DNA of 64,000 nucleotides from positions 480,001 through 544,000 of the forward strand of contig CAWAOD010000009.1 of the NCBI GenBank assembly GCA_963783575.1, in the 5' to 3' direction. Position numbers and translations under genes: made by a program. Positions 41,898 to 52,007 of the stretch are shown in pieces. The notes under the pieces are model-generated. The model was not told the origin of the DNA and made no database searches. It was given only the letters and a program-made list of their open reading frames with translations. Origin of the DNA: an uncultured Spirochaetota bacterium. Lineage in GTDB: Bacteria > Spirochaetota > Brevinematia > Brevinematales > JAOACQ01. Each line of letters begins with the position of its first letter. The first letter of the stretch is position 1.

Positions 41898-42719
41898 ATG
41901 AAAATAGTTACCTTACTTGATAATGTTGTTTATGGAAACCGTCTATGTGCTGAACATGGCCTTTCTTTTTATATTGAATCAGATGAAAATAAGGTATTAT
42001 TTGATACCGGGCAAAGTGATAATTTTATTAAAAACGCGCAAATTCTTGGAATAGATATTTCAAAAGTAGATTCACTTATTTTAAGTCATGGCCATTATGA
42101 CCACACGGGCGGCCTTGAGGCTTTTTGCAGGATAAACCATAAAGCAATGATTTATGCCAAAGAAGGTTTATTTGTTTCAAAATATAAAAATAAAACAGAC
42201 TTTATCGGTACAAAATATAATAATTCTTTATTTGACAATAGAATCCGGATTGTAAAAAAGAAAATCGAATTATACCCAAATTTTTTCATTATGCCTATTA
42301 TTAATATAGAAAATACCTGGGATACACATTTTAATGAATTTTTCATCAAGCCGGATAAAATATTTCTTGAAGATAATTTTGAGGATGAACAATTTATTGT
42401 ATTTGTAAATAATAATAAAATGAATATAATCAGCGGCTGCTCACACAGAGGAATTTCAAATATTATTCAGTCGGCAGTGGAAATTTTTCAACTTCCCATT
42501 AATTTTGTTCTGGGCGGTTTTCATCTGAAAGACGCTGATAACGATCTTACTTGCAGATTAATACATGAACTATTAAAATACGATATCGAAAGAATTGGTG
42601 TTTGTCATTGCACTGGAATTGAAAAATATCCGGAAATTAAGGAAGTTTTTAAGAATAAAGCATTTTATAGCTTTACTGGAAATGTTATTGATGAATTAAT
42701 CAAATCAGAGAGGAAATGA
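41898..42719 (+). CDS. MBL-fold metallo-hydrolase
   Basis: AEHGLS, LFDTG, SHGHYDHTGG, GCSHRG, GGFHL, CHCTG. Confidence 0.9.
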   Translation: MKIVTLLDNVVYGNRLCAEHGLSFYIESDENKVLFDTGQSDNFIKNAQILGIDISKVDSLILSHGHYDHTGGLEAFCRINHKAMIYAKEGLFVSKYKNKTDFIGTKYNNSLFDNRIRIVKKKIELYPNFFIMPIINIENTWDTHFNEFFIKPDKIFLEDNFEDEQFIVFVNNNKMNIISGCSHRGISNIIQSAVEIFQLPINFVLGGFHLKDADNDLTCRLIHELLKYDIERIGVCHCTGIEKYPEIKEVFKNKAFYSFTGNVIDELIKSERK

Positions 42720-42860
42720 AATTTTATTTAATTGAATTTATTGTTTGAAAAAACATTAAATTAATTTTGACTTATTGATAACTTTATCGTATTATTAAGA
42801 TAATGCAATTAATATTGATGCTATTAAAGTCTTGTCTGAATATAATAAGGAGTTGAAATA

Positions 42861-43434
42861 ATGGCTAATAACTTTAATCCAAAGAATATGGAAAGTCTGG
42901 ATGTACCTGAAAGAAAAAAATCCTGCCGGCAGAAGAATTATTGAGGAAAATTGGATTGAAAGAAGGCGATGTATTTCTTGATATCGGAGCAGGCAGCGGT
43001 TATTTTACTTTCCCTGCCGCCGGGATTTTGGGAAATCAGGGCAGGATAATATCGATAGATTCGTCTTCAGTTATGATAGAAGAATTAAAGCGGAAAGCTA
43101 TTGCAAAAGGTTATCATAATATTGATATTCGATTGTCTCAAGAATATGAATTAAATTTGAAAAATGAAAAAGCTGATATCGCTTTTATGAGCCTTGTTCT
43201 ACATGATAGATAGAAGACAAAAATAGATTTATTACAGGAGTAAAGTCTTCACTAAATCTAAATGGGAGAATCATAATCATAGAGTGGCTGCGAAAAACTA
43301 TGGAAAAAGGCCCGCCGATACTTGACAGGGTATCTCTGGAAGAAGTTGAAGAACTTTTGAAATCCACAGGTTTTACAATTTTACAGAGTAAAATTTACAA
43401 TGACTATTTTTACTATATTATTGGTAAGATTTGA
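42861..43434 (+). pseudogene. Class I SAM methyltransferase with two frameshifts (near 42915 and 43205)
   Basis: MANNFNPKNMESLDVPERK / LDIGAGSGYF..LVLH / IIIIEWLRK..GPP..RVS in three successive segments. Confidence 0.8.
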
Positions 43435-43478
43435 TTATTAATTTATAACTTATTTTTAAAAAATTATGGAGGTATTTT

Positions 43479-43691
43479 ATGCCAAAGAACATGGGAATGA
43501 TTGATCGTATAATCCGGGTCATACTGGCAATTGTTGTGGCTATCCTGTTTTTCACAAAACAGATTTCAGGAATCGCCGTTATAATTCTTGGTATCATTGC
43601 TATAATATTCATACTGACGAGCATCTTTGGTTTCTGCCCGCTGTATTTTCCTTTTGGTATTTCAACAAAGAAAAAAGAAGCGGCTAAATAA
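43479..43691 (+). CDS. DUF2892 (YgaP-like) membrane protein
   Basis: KNMGMIDRIIR...GFCPLY.PFGIST. Confidence 0.9.
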   Translation: MPKNMGMIDRIIRVILAIVVAILFFTKQISGIAVIILGIIAIIFILTSIFGFCPLYFPFGISTKKKEAAK

Positions 43692-43705
43692 CAGAGCTTT
43701 TAATA

Positions 43706-43738
43706 CGGCCCCGGCAGCCTAGGCCGTCACTATTTTTT
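43706..43738 (+). terminator. Possible intrinsic terminator
   Basis: ACGGCC-11 nt-GGCCGT followed shortly by a T-run. Confidence 0.4.
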
Positions 43739-43750
43739 GTGGAGTAATTA

Positions 43751-44104
43751 GTGGCAGAAATTTTACGAATTTCAGAATCAGAAATTCGTGATACAATGTT
43801 TAATGGCGAGTTTTCTTCATCTATCACATCATCTAATCGAAATGTAGGCGTTATCCTCACACAGGATTGGTGCCCTCAATGGACTTATATGGAACGATGG
43901 ATTCAAGCTATGCCGAATAGGGACGATCTGGACTTATATCTCGTTAAATATAATAGAGAATGCTATTTTGAAGAATTTATGAGTTTCAAGGAAAATTGCT
44001 GGAAGAACGGCCTTATACCATATGTACGATATTATAAAAATGGAATATTAATCGGAACGTCCAATGCTTTATCGTTGCAGAATTTTCTTAATAAATGGGC
44101 CTGA
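43751..44104 (+). CDS. Hypothetical thioredoxin-like protein (single Cys, WCPQW)
   Basis: LTQDWCPQW, IPYVRYYKNG; RBS GGAG. Confidence 0.6.
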   Translation: MAEILRISESEIRDTMFNGEFSSSITSSNRNVGVILTQDWCPQWTYMERWIQAMPNRDDLDLYLVKYNRECYFEEFMSFKENCWKNGLIPYVRYYKNGILIGTSNALSLQNFLNKWA

Positions 44105-44225
44105 ATATAATTTTATACCCATTCAATCTATCAGCAATAAACAGGCGTTCTAATGTGCACCGTTTTTAATAGCCGAAAAGACCATGGTTTCCAGTGCGCT
44201 GATGTGCTCAATTATAATTAATTCC

Positions 44226-44642
44226 TTACATCTTATTTTTTTGCTGGAATTCCCTGAGCCGCTTGTTCAATTTAATGTATGTTCTGTACCAGAAAATCAT
44301 AATTGAAAGCCCGATTATTTCGGAAATAATAAGAAGCCATAAATAAATTGATATTATTCTTAATCCTGAAAGCCAGGAGCCAAGGACAGTCCCTGCCGCA
44401 ATTATTAAACATACTGTCAAAAAAGCCGGTAAAGGCAGCTTTCCGGCATAAACCATAAAGATTACAGAGGCGGCGCTTGCAAATAGACCGATACACACTC
44501 CGGCAATACCGCCATATAATGAATATGGGTAAAGGCTGGCTCTCATTAACAAAACAGCACTGGATCCCACTAAAGTACCGATAATCGCTCCGATCAGAAT
44601 CGAGATTAATAATGTTCTTAATATTTCTTTCGTCATTTTCAT
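44226..44642 (-). CDS. Four-TM membrane protein, putative LytTR-system inhibitor
   Basis: Four hydrophobic helices, basic tail KLNKRLREFQ; directly follows the LytTR gene. Confidence 0.65.
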   Translation of the reverse strand: MKMTKEILRTLLISILIGAIIGTLVGSSAVLLMRASLYPYSLYGGIAGVCIGLFASAASVIFMVYAGKLPLPAFLTVCLIIAAGTVLGSWLSGLRIISIYLWLLIISEIIGLSIMIFWYRTYIKLNKRLREFQQKNKM

Positions 44643-44649
44643 ACTTTCC

Positions 44650-45222
44650 TCACATGCTCAGGATTTCTTTAAAACCCGGCGCATAAATCCTTGCGACCTC
44701 AAGTTCTTCAGGCTTTTCTTTAAGTTTCAGAAGCAGCCTACCGCCGAACCATGGTATGATCTCGGAAATCCAGAAAAGGTTTACTATGCATGATTTTCCG
44801 ATACGGACAAATCCATTGTTTCTTAATTCATGTTCTATTTCATAAAGCTTGCCTTCAACTTCGAAAGACCCTTCCATAGTTGAGGCATAAACAGTATTAC
44901 CATCCGAATGGAAATAACGGATCATATTAAAATCAAACACTTTGTATCTATCGTTTTTCTTACCGGTTATGTATTTTTTGGCTGAGATATTCCCATCTTC
45001 CGATAGTATCCCATCTTGGAATAGAAGCGATCCAATAAGACCGGCTATATCTTCGTTGATGCCCGGCCCGAAAAGGATAACAACACCCGTTTCCGGCAGG
45101 GGTTGTCCTCTTTCCGCAAGAACCAGGGCAGAATCATCGCTTATTGTCCATCCACTACCTTCGATTAAGCGTTCAATAAAATCCTTAATATTTTTTTCGG
45201 CTAGAATTTTAATTCCTGGCAT
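44650..45222 (-). CDS. LytTR DNA-binding protein without an intact receiver domain
   Basis: IRYFHS, KLYEIE, FVRIGKSCIVN, LEVARIY. Confidence 0.88.
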   Translation of the reverse strand: MPGIKILAEKNIKDFIERLIEGSGWTISDDSALVLAERGQPLPETGVVILFGPGINEDIAGLIGSLLFQDGILSEDGNISAKKYITGKKNDRYKVFDFNMIRYFHSDGNTVYASTMEGSFEVEGKLYEIEHELRNNGFVRIGKSCIVNLFWISEIIPWFGGRLLLKLKEKPEELEVARIYAPGFKEILSM

Positions 45223-46978
45223 TCTGCCTCCGTTTATCTTCTTTCGAAATAGATTTACCTACATTTCTATAAACCTGGTTTGAATTATAAGCCCATAATG
45301 CCGTTTCAAGGCTCCAGGTTTTCCAAAGTGTAATAAGAAATTTTCTTTTTAAAGTTCTATTAGAGTAAATTCTCCAGCTGCATTTTTCAAGTTTTCTGTT
45401 GAATTCTTCATCCGTAATGTTTTTAAGACGGTAAGTTAATTCCGACATATCATAGTGCACCCAGTTAGCTTTTTCCAGAGGATATTTCAGCCTTTTTTCC
45501 CGACTGTACTGTTCAAATAACCGGGTTCCGGGCAGGGGAGTTAGAATGGTGGTTTGAATGGAGTCGATTGCTTCTCTGCAGATATATTTTGATTTATTTT
45601 CCATGCTGTCTAGAGTTTCTGAGTCGGAACCGAAAATGAATGCGCCCAGAACAGCGATTCCATGGTGATGGATTTTTTCAAAAGCCTTTTTATAATCGGT
45701 ATTAATATTCAAGTGTTTATTCATCGATTCAAGTTCCGCCGGATTTGAAGATTCCAGTCCGATAAAAACCATCTTACAGCCGCTTTTCTGCGCCCAATAA
45801 AGCATCTCATCATTTAAGCCGAAATTAATCGAAGCCTGGCAGAACCATGATTTCCCCATTTTTCTTTCCGCCATTCCCCTGAAAATAGCAATGGCCCTTT
45901 CTTCGGCTTCCTTCCCATAGCCAAGTATATTATCATCAGCAAAGAATAAAAGAGATGTTTCTATATTTACAATCTCCTCAAGAACTTCATTTACCGGGCG
46001 CTGCCTGTATTTTCTGCCGTTGAAGGCGGAAACGCTGCAGAAATAACAGTCCATAGGACAGCCGCGGGATGTCTGCACCGCCGCGAAAGCATATTCCGGA
46101 CTGAAAATATCCCTGCGGGGAACGGCTGAGCCAGACAATTCCGGATAGCCTCCTCTGTATAAAGGTTTCAGCCGCTTCGATTCAAAATCTATGATTACAT
46201 CTTTCCATACCGTTTCTGCTTCTCCTATAACCACGGCATCAACAAATTTGCCGGCTTCCTCCGGGCACATGGACGCATGAATTCCGCCCATAACAACAGG
46301 TATTCCTTTTTGTTTGTATTGTCCGGCGATCTCATAGGCCCTTGCAGCCGAAGATGTAAAAGCTGTTATGCCGGCAAGATCGGCTTCCTCAAATACAAAC
46401 GGATTGATGTTTTCGTCAATAAGCTTAATTTCGTAATCATCCGGCGTTAAAGAGGCAATTATTCCAAGGCCAAGCGGCGGGAATCTGGATGAATTATTAA
46501 TTGTAAGCCCGGATTTAGTAAGATTTACAGGATTAATCAAAACGAGCTTTTTTTTACTGTTTAAAAGAATATTGATCTTATCAATATTCTTATTTTCTTC
46601 ATGTTTTTTATCTTCCCGGCGGATCTTTCTCAGAATAAGAAATATCGATAAGATATAGATCAAAAGACTCAGGAAAAAGCATATGGAGAAAGATATGACA
46701 GCATCGGCACGCCTGGGTATGCATACAGAAGTAATGATTATTGTCGGAATGGAAAAAAATATGAATGGAAGTAAATATGGAGTTTTTTTATTCAATTTTA
46801 AAATTGCATACCGGTTTTTTATTGATTCCTTTAAAGCAGAGATAGTTGTAAATGAAAACCAGAAAAGGTAGGATGCAAAGCTAATTATCATACCGGGTTC
46901 ACGAGGAATGAAAAAAAAGGATGTTACTGTAGTGAAGATTAAAAAAATGAGCAGAGGCAAATACGCAATTTTAAACAT
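45209..46978 (-). CDS. B12-binding radical SAM protein with N-terminal TM helices
   Basis: PPLGL, VVMGGIHAS, GEAE, SRGCPMDCYFC, FADDN, IGLES, TPLPGT; about 4 TM helices in the first 115 aa. Confidence 0.9.
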   Translation of the reverse strand: MFKIAYLPLLIFLIFTTVTSFFFIPREPGMIISFASYLFWFSFTTISALKESIKNRYAILKLNKKTPYLLPFIFFSIPTIIITSVCIPRRADAVISFSICFFLSLLIYILSIFLILRKIRREDKKHEENKNIDKINILLNSKKKLVLINPVNLTKSGLTINNSSRFPPLGLGIIASLTPDDYEIKLIDENINPFVFEEADLAGITAFTSSAARAYEIAGQYKQKGIPVVMGGIHASMCPEEAGKFVDAVVIGEAETVWKDVIIDFESKRLKPLYRGGYPELSGSAVPRRDIFSPEYAFAAVQTSRGCPMDCYFCSVSAFNGRKYRQRPVNEVLEEIVNIETSLLFFADDNILGYGKEAEERAIAIFRGMAERKMGKSWFCQASINFGLNDEMLYWAQKSGCKMVFIGLESSNPAELESMNKHLNINTDYKKAFEKIHHHGIAVLGAFIFGSDSETLDSMENKSKYICREAIDSIQTTILTPLPGTRLFEQYSREKRLKYPLEKANWVHYDMSELTYRLKNITDEEFNRKLEKCSWRIYSNRTLKRKFLITLWKTWSLETALWAYNSNQVYRNVGKSISKEDKRRQNARN

Positions 46979-46989
46979 AAACCCTCCAT

Positions 46990-47733
46990 TCAGCCTTTAT
47001 AATTTTCAAGATTTTCGGCAGCCGATTTTCCTTCCGGAAGATTTGTTCCCAGTTTACCCTGTAATTCAACCGATTTTTTCCAGTAATTAACTGCGTTTTC
47101 AATATTGCCTTTATTTTTTTCCATATTTCCAAGGTAATAATATGCAACTATCATATATCCCTCAATATCCGGATTATTCATGTAATAAGATTCGACAAAA
47201 CCATAGTCTTCTTCTGCAATTTTTGATTTATTGAAAAAACCAGGTAAATTTGCAAAATAATTTGCCCTCATATAATGGGCATACCATTCCATTCCAGCTC
47301 CTTTGGAAAGTTTTACGGCCCTGTCAAAAATACCGGAAGAGGTATTCACTTTTAAGAATTGCACAAAAGAATTTGATGAATCCCTTACGGCCAATGAATA
47401 ACCGAGCGCGTTATAAATAAGGCCCAGTGAATTTGTGGGGTCCTTCTTTAAAAATTTTTCCGTGTATTCAAGTATTTTTTCAGAAGCCCCCTTTTCCGGG
47501 TTTTTATTGGGTGAAGAAAGAGCGCCGTATAAAATTCCAACGGCAAGATCGGCATAATAATCATCCGGTTCATTTAAAATCTTATTTCTGTATTCATCAA
47601 TTTTATTATGAATAATATCATAATCCTGTCCAAAATAAACGTTTAACTTGAAACATTCTTCATAATCGGTACAAAATGCAAACCCTGTTATAAAAATCAG
47701 GCAGCATAAAATGGCTGGAAATTTTTTAGTCAT
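46990..47733 (-). CDS. Secreted TPR-repeat protein
   Basis: Signal peptide; C-terminal TPR AYYYLGNMEKNKGNIENAVNYWKKSVEL. Confidence 0.7.
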   Translation of the reverse strand: MTKKFPAILCCLIFITGFAFCTDYEECFKLNVYFGQDYDIIHNKIDEYRNKILNEPDDYYADLAVGILYGALSSPNKNPEKGASEKILEYTEKFLKKDPTNSLGLIYNALGYSLAVRDSSNSFVQFLKVNTSSGIFDRAVKLSKGAGMEWYAHYMRANYFANLPGFFNKSKIAEEDYGFVESYYMNNPDIEGYMIVAYYYLGNMEKNKGNIENAVNYWKKSVELQGKLGTNLPEGKSAAENLENYKG

Positions 47734-47762
47734 ATAATTCTCTCCTTAAATTATTTATTCAT

Positions 47763-47830
47763 ATTATATCAGAAATTTTCATTGAATAATATCAAAATAT
47801 GACAAGAGGTTTTTTTTTAATGATAAGAGG
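47763..47830 (-). promoter_or_regulatory. LytTR-type direct repeats plus extended -10 promoter
   Basis: ATGACAAGAGG (47799-47809) and ATGATAAGAGG (47820-47830), 21-bp period; TGATATAAT on the minus strand at 47763-47771. Confidence 0.65.
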
Positions 47831-47906
47831 CTTTACGAAACTATAAAAGGATTTCTACAATATTTTTATGAATTGAATCGAAAGAGATGTTTTGATGAAA
47901 AATTAA

Positions 47907-49238
47907 TTAATCTTCAGCGTTGTAAACAATCTTTCCCCGGGATAGAGTATATTTTACCGCACCATGGAATGTTCTGCCTGTAAAAGCGCTGTTTTTACCT
48001 TTTGAAATAAAGGATGATTTTGTGATAGTTACCGGTTCGTCCGGATTAAAGATTGTCAAGTCCGCATATTTACCTTCTTCAATAACGCCCCGGGCAATAC
48101 CTAGAATTTGCGAGGGTTTGTATGACACAAGATTGATCCAGTCAATCATTGTGATTTTCCCTTTCTTTACCAGTTCGGAAAATGTTACGGGAAGAAATGT
48201 CTCGAATCCGACTGTCCCGAAAGGCGCTTTGTCGAATCCCAGGCCTTTTTCCTCTTCGGTATGCGGGGCATGATCGGTTGCTATTGCATCTATCAGGCCT
48301 TCAATAACAACGGATTCTATCGCTCTTCTGTCAGATTCGGGCCTGAGCGGAGGGTTTATCTTTTTATCGGTATCGGAAAATGAAATAATGTCGCTTTCAG
48401 ATAAAGTCAGATGATGCGGAGTACAATCGCAGGTAAAAAGGCCCGGATAAGTTTTTTTCAAATATCTTATTGCTTCGGCCGATTTTTCAGTTGAAATATG
48501 AGTAAAATGTACTTTCTCACCAATCATTCCTGCTATGTTTCCCAGCCTCAGAATGTCAAGGCTCTCGCTTTCCGCAGGCTGGCCTTTTATACCGAATTTT
48601 TGTTCAATCTTTCCATAACTAACGCGGAAAGGGATACCCTGATTATCCTTAGCAAGAAAATCGGTCTCCGGGTGTTCGATCAGTAGGGCCGAAGATTCTT
48701 TAGCCAGCCGGCAAACTTCGGTTATTGTTTTATAATTCTGGATGGCGCTGCCGTCGTCACTAAAACAGGCGCAGCCTGCCGCAGTGTTTTTTATAAAATC
48801 AACGGGATCAATTCCTTTGCGGCCTTTTGTCATGGAAGAGGCTATAAGGACTTCAATAACGGCTTTTACGTCAATTATTTCCTTTAATTTCCTGATAATA
48901 TCCGGATTATCAATGGCAGGCTCGGTATTAGGCATTGCGACAACGGTTGCTATGCCGCCTTTGGCCGCGGATAAAGTGCCTGATTCTATCGTCTCTTTAT
49001 TAGTCTGTCCCGGCTCTCTCAGGTGGGAATGCATATCCACAAGACCAGGAATTATATAAAAAGATTCTGCATCGATGACTTTCCTGCCTGACATTTCGAT
49101 ATTCCGGGCAATTTTAACTATTATTCCCTCTTTTATAAGAAGATCAAGTTTTTCCCCGTTGATTTTATTTTTATAATCGAAAACCAGGCCGTTTTTTACA
49201 ATTATAATATGATCTCCGGAGTTTATATTTTTTATCAT
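47907..49238 (-). CDS. pyrC: Dihydroorotase
   Basis: PGLVDMHSHLREPG, MPNTEP, FSDDG, TPHHL, NPPLR, ATDHAPH. Confidence 0.93.
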   Translation of the reverse strand: MIKNINSGDHIIIVKNGLVFDYKNKINGEKLDLLIKEGIIVKIARNIEMSGRKVIDAESFYIIPGLVDMHSHLREPGQTNKETIESGTLSAAKGGIATVVAMPNTEPAIDNPDIIRKLKEIIDVKAVIEVLIASSMTKGRKGIDPVDFIKNTAAGCACFSDDGSAIQNYKTITEVCRLAKESSALLIEHPETDFLAKDNQGIPFRVSYGKIEQKFGIKGQPAESESLDILRLGNIAGMIGEKVHFTHISTEKSAEAIRYLKKTYPGLFTCDCTPHHLTLSESDIISFSDTDKKINPPLRPESDRRAIESVVIEGLIDAIATDHAPHTEEEKGLGFDKAPFGTVGFETFLPVTFSELVKKGKITMIDWINLVSYKPSQILGIARGVIEEGKYADLTIFNPDEPVTITKSSFISKGKNSAFTGRTFHGAVKYTLSRGKIVYNAED

Positions 49239-49403
49239 AGTATATTACCTAACGATGTTTTTTCAAATAACGGATAGTTTTCTGTGGCAAGCCCATTCGA
49301 TTCCACAGGGCAGGATTTGTCGAATCCATTCTTGATATTAGTAGCAATAATGTAGCTGCTTATGATACATAGTGACTGAGTAATTATCGAATATTTGTGA
49401 TTT

Positions 49404-49970
49404 TCAGTCAAAATTTGAAACCGCTTTTTCTTCATTTATTTTATGCAGAGATAAAGCGATCATATATTTATTATATTCGTAGCTTCCATTATAAACCGGT
49501 ATCAGCGAATACATCCTAAGCGCCGCTTCACCGAGCGCTTTCCTTGAATTGAAGCGGATCTTCTGATTGGGATATTTTTTACCAATTTCTTCAAGAGCGC
49601 TCATAAAAATCCATTTTTTCTTTTCGGCTCCCAGTTCCCAGATATCATAAATCAGGGAATAATCCGAAATATTATAGCTTTTAAGGAAATCATTTTTTAC
49701 AATATTATAGCGGGTGCTCATCTTGTCAATCAGTATAGATACCCCGGCTTCTTCCAGAAATTCCGAATAATCCTCAAGATAATTTGTGATATAAACAATT
49801 TTCTGGCCGGGATCGGCAGTCATCACCCGCACATAGGTTTTGATCCCATCATCTATGATAATCTGATAATCCACTCCCTCGCAGTGCTCAACAAGACGGT
49901 AATATGCATCTAAAAAATATGTCCTGATCGAAAGACGTTCTTTCAAATCCATTAACTCGAATTTACCCAT
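49404..49970 (-). CDS. Hypothetical protein
   Basis: Open frame; RBS GGAGG before ATG 49970. Confidence 0.6.
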   Translation of the reverse strand: MGKFELMDLKERLSIRTYFLDAYYRLVEHCEGVDYQIIIDDGIKTYVRVMTADPGQKIVYITNYLEDYSEFLEEAGVSILIDKMSTRYNIVKNDFLKSYNISDYSLIYDIWELGAEKKKWIFMSALEEIGKKYPNQKIRFNSRKALGEAALRMYSLIPVYNGSYEYNKYMIALSLHKINEEKAVSNFD

Positions 49971-50227
49971 AAAGCCTCCCGAATAATTTACTAAATTTGC
50001 AAACCGGGTCAATAAACCGGCACTCCGCCTGGTAGATTCTTTATTCAATTATATACCCGGCTTGGGAATCTTGCAACAGAAAATAGTTTTATTTTTAAAT
50101 TTTACTGATCAAAGTTATTATATGTAATATTAATCGTTTGATACACAGTTGGCCAGTAAAAAATAAAATATTTTAAAATTATGTACCGCTAGAGGGCGGG
50201 CTATTAACGGGCAGAACGCGCCGACGT

Positions 50228-50333
50228 AATGTCCTTTTTGAGCCCGCCTTTAACTCACCTCCTGTTTCAACCGGAATTTCATTCCGTACAGATTGGCGGG
50301 ACACTCCTCCGAGTTGCTCTCAAAAAGGACATT
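50228..50333. repeat. 106-bp element bounded by perfect 15-bp inverted repeats
   Basis: AATGTCCTTTTTGAG (50228-50242) / CTCAAAAAGGACATT (50319-50333); inner CCCGCC/GGCGGG. Confidence 0.7.
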
Positions 50334-50444
50334 CCATCTCTGCTATTCTTACCCGTAAATCTATGCGCAATCGTTGCGCTACCGAACTAACGTACGGCTG
50401 GCTATGTGATTATAGGGTTGACTCAATAAGCGTCCCTTCGGCAA

Positions 50445-51421
50445 CAGACTGTGTGAAAACTCAGTAAAATTTTATAGTAAAATCGATTAATTATACAAAA
50501 ACTCCATTTTTTGATATATTTTTCAAGCTAAAAAAATCTTAGTTTCAAAAATCTATCCGAATACGATAAACGATGGTTTATTAGCATCAAACCAGAGTCA
50601 TAAGTCTCTTTATTCCCAATATATTCAATACTTTTATTAAATTATGAATGAATCCTGCCAAACTGGATTCCGTCAGAACGCCATCCTTTCCCTTCATTAA
50701 AAAATAACTGTAACCCATATTCCTTTTTATCGATCCAAATGGATGTTCACATATCTCTTTCCTTTTCTCTATGATCTTTTTCCCGGCTTCAGAACGAATT
50801 TTCCTCTTGAAGTTCTCAATTTCTTCTTTTCTAACTGGTACTTTGATACTTCGTCCTTCCACGCTTTCAGTACACTTATTTCTTACTTCACATTGGCTGC
50901 ATAAGCCGCACTTGTACCTGACTATCTCTTTTCCTCCATTGACCTTCTCTACTTTTTTCCCATTTCTCACTAATGGGTTTCCCTCCGGACAATAATAAAC
51001 ATCTTGTCCCGGATCATATTTGAATTTATCAACCTGGTATTCAATCGTCTTGAAATCCGGCGCTAGTCGTCCAGTCAGCCACATCAACTCTGTGTTTCTT
51101 CGGCACTCTCTCTCTAATTTCCTGCTTGTCCTGATTTTATTCAAATATCCGTAAATATAGATTTTTAAAAGTATTTCGGATTTATATGAACTTCTGCCGG
51201 TTGATGCTTCTTTTACTTTAAAACCAACTCCTTTCATATTTAGCTTATCAACAAAAATATCTATAAACCTTACCGGATCTTCTTCTCCTAACAGATCTTC
51301 CAGTGTTTCATTGAACAGAACTATCTGATCCCTTGATTCTCCCTCAATATGCTTCATCTTTTACTCCGATTATTTTTGTTCTAATAATTATAGCATATTT
51401 ACTGTGTTTTCACACAGTCTG
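50445..51421 (-). mobile_element. Internally deleted copy (977 bp) of the IS1182-family element at 26422
   Basis: Both IRs CAGACTGTGTGAAAAC intact; near-identical sequence lacking 714 bp. Confidence 0.92.
50587..51357 (-). pseudogene. IS1182 transposase with an in-frame 238-aa deletion
   Basis: PDFKTI joined directly to EYQVDK; IDGTK and SDAGY segments missing. Confidence 0.9.
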
Positions 51422-51557
51422 CATACTCAGGGCAGGCTCTTGCTCCCATGGTTATTTGGCTTCATTCCTAATTAAAACAATTCTTTTATGCTCAATATTA
51501 ACTTATAATCATCGGTTCTTTTTGGTTATTGGCCGGCTTTTCGGGAGATTATTATTA

Positions 51558-51587
51558 TTGACATTCATTAATTTAAAATGCTATAAT
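51558..51587 (+). promoter_or_regulatory. Consensus sigma70 promoter
   Basis: TTGACA-N18-TATAAT with extended -10 TG. Confidence 0.6.
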
Positions 51588-52007
51588 AAAAATGTTTCTA
51601 TCGTTGATCGTAAGCTAATTGGTAAATAATGCACGTATTTACTAAATTTTAAAAAAGTTCGTATTTATACCTGATTTAAGGATAATATAAGAAGTTCGTA
51701 TATTATCTCTGAATCGCAGGGAAATACGAGTAAACTTCACTTATATTGAGTTAGGTGAAAAGTCACAGCATACTAATTTTACTCCAAATGTTCAGCGTCC
51801 TACCGAACTTAATTAACAACGTGTCTTTAAGCTTAACTAATTATAAATTATAGAGTTATGTTTAAAGGAGGATATATAAAATGAAAAAAATAGTATCTTG
51901 GATTTTTATGGTTTTGGTTGGAATATTGTTTGTGTTTTATTCTTGTTCAACAACGCCTGATACTTCAAGTAGTTCAAATTCTACAAGCAATACAAATTCG
52001 ATAACTA

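Noticed and set aside
50110..50140. dif (XerCD) site
   Set aside because: AT-rich resemblance only; no convincing XerD arm TTATGTTAAAT
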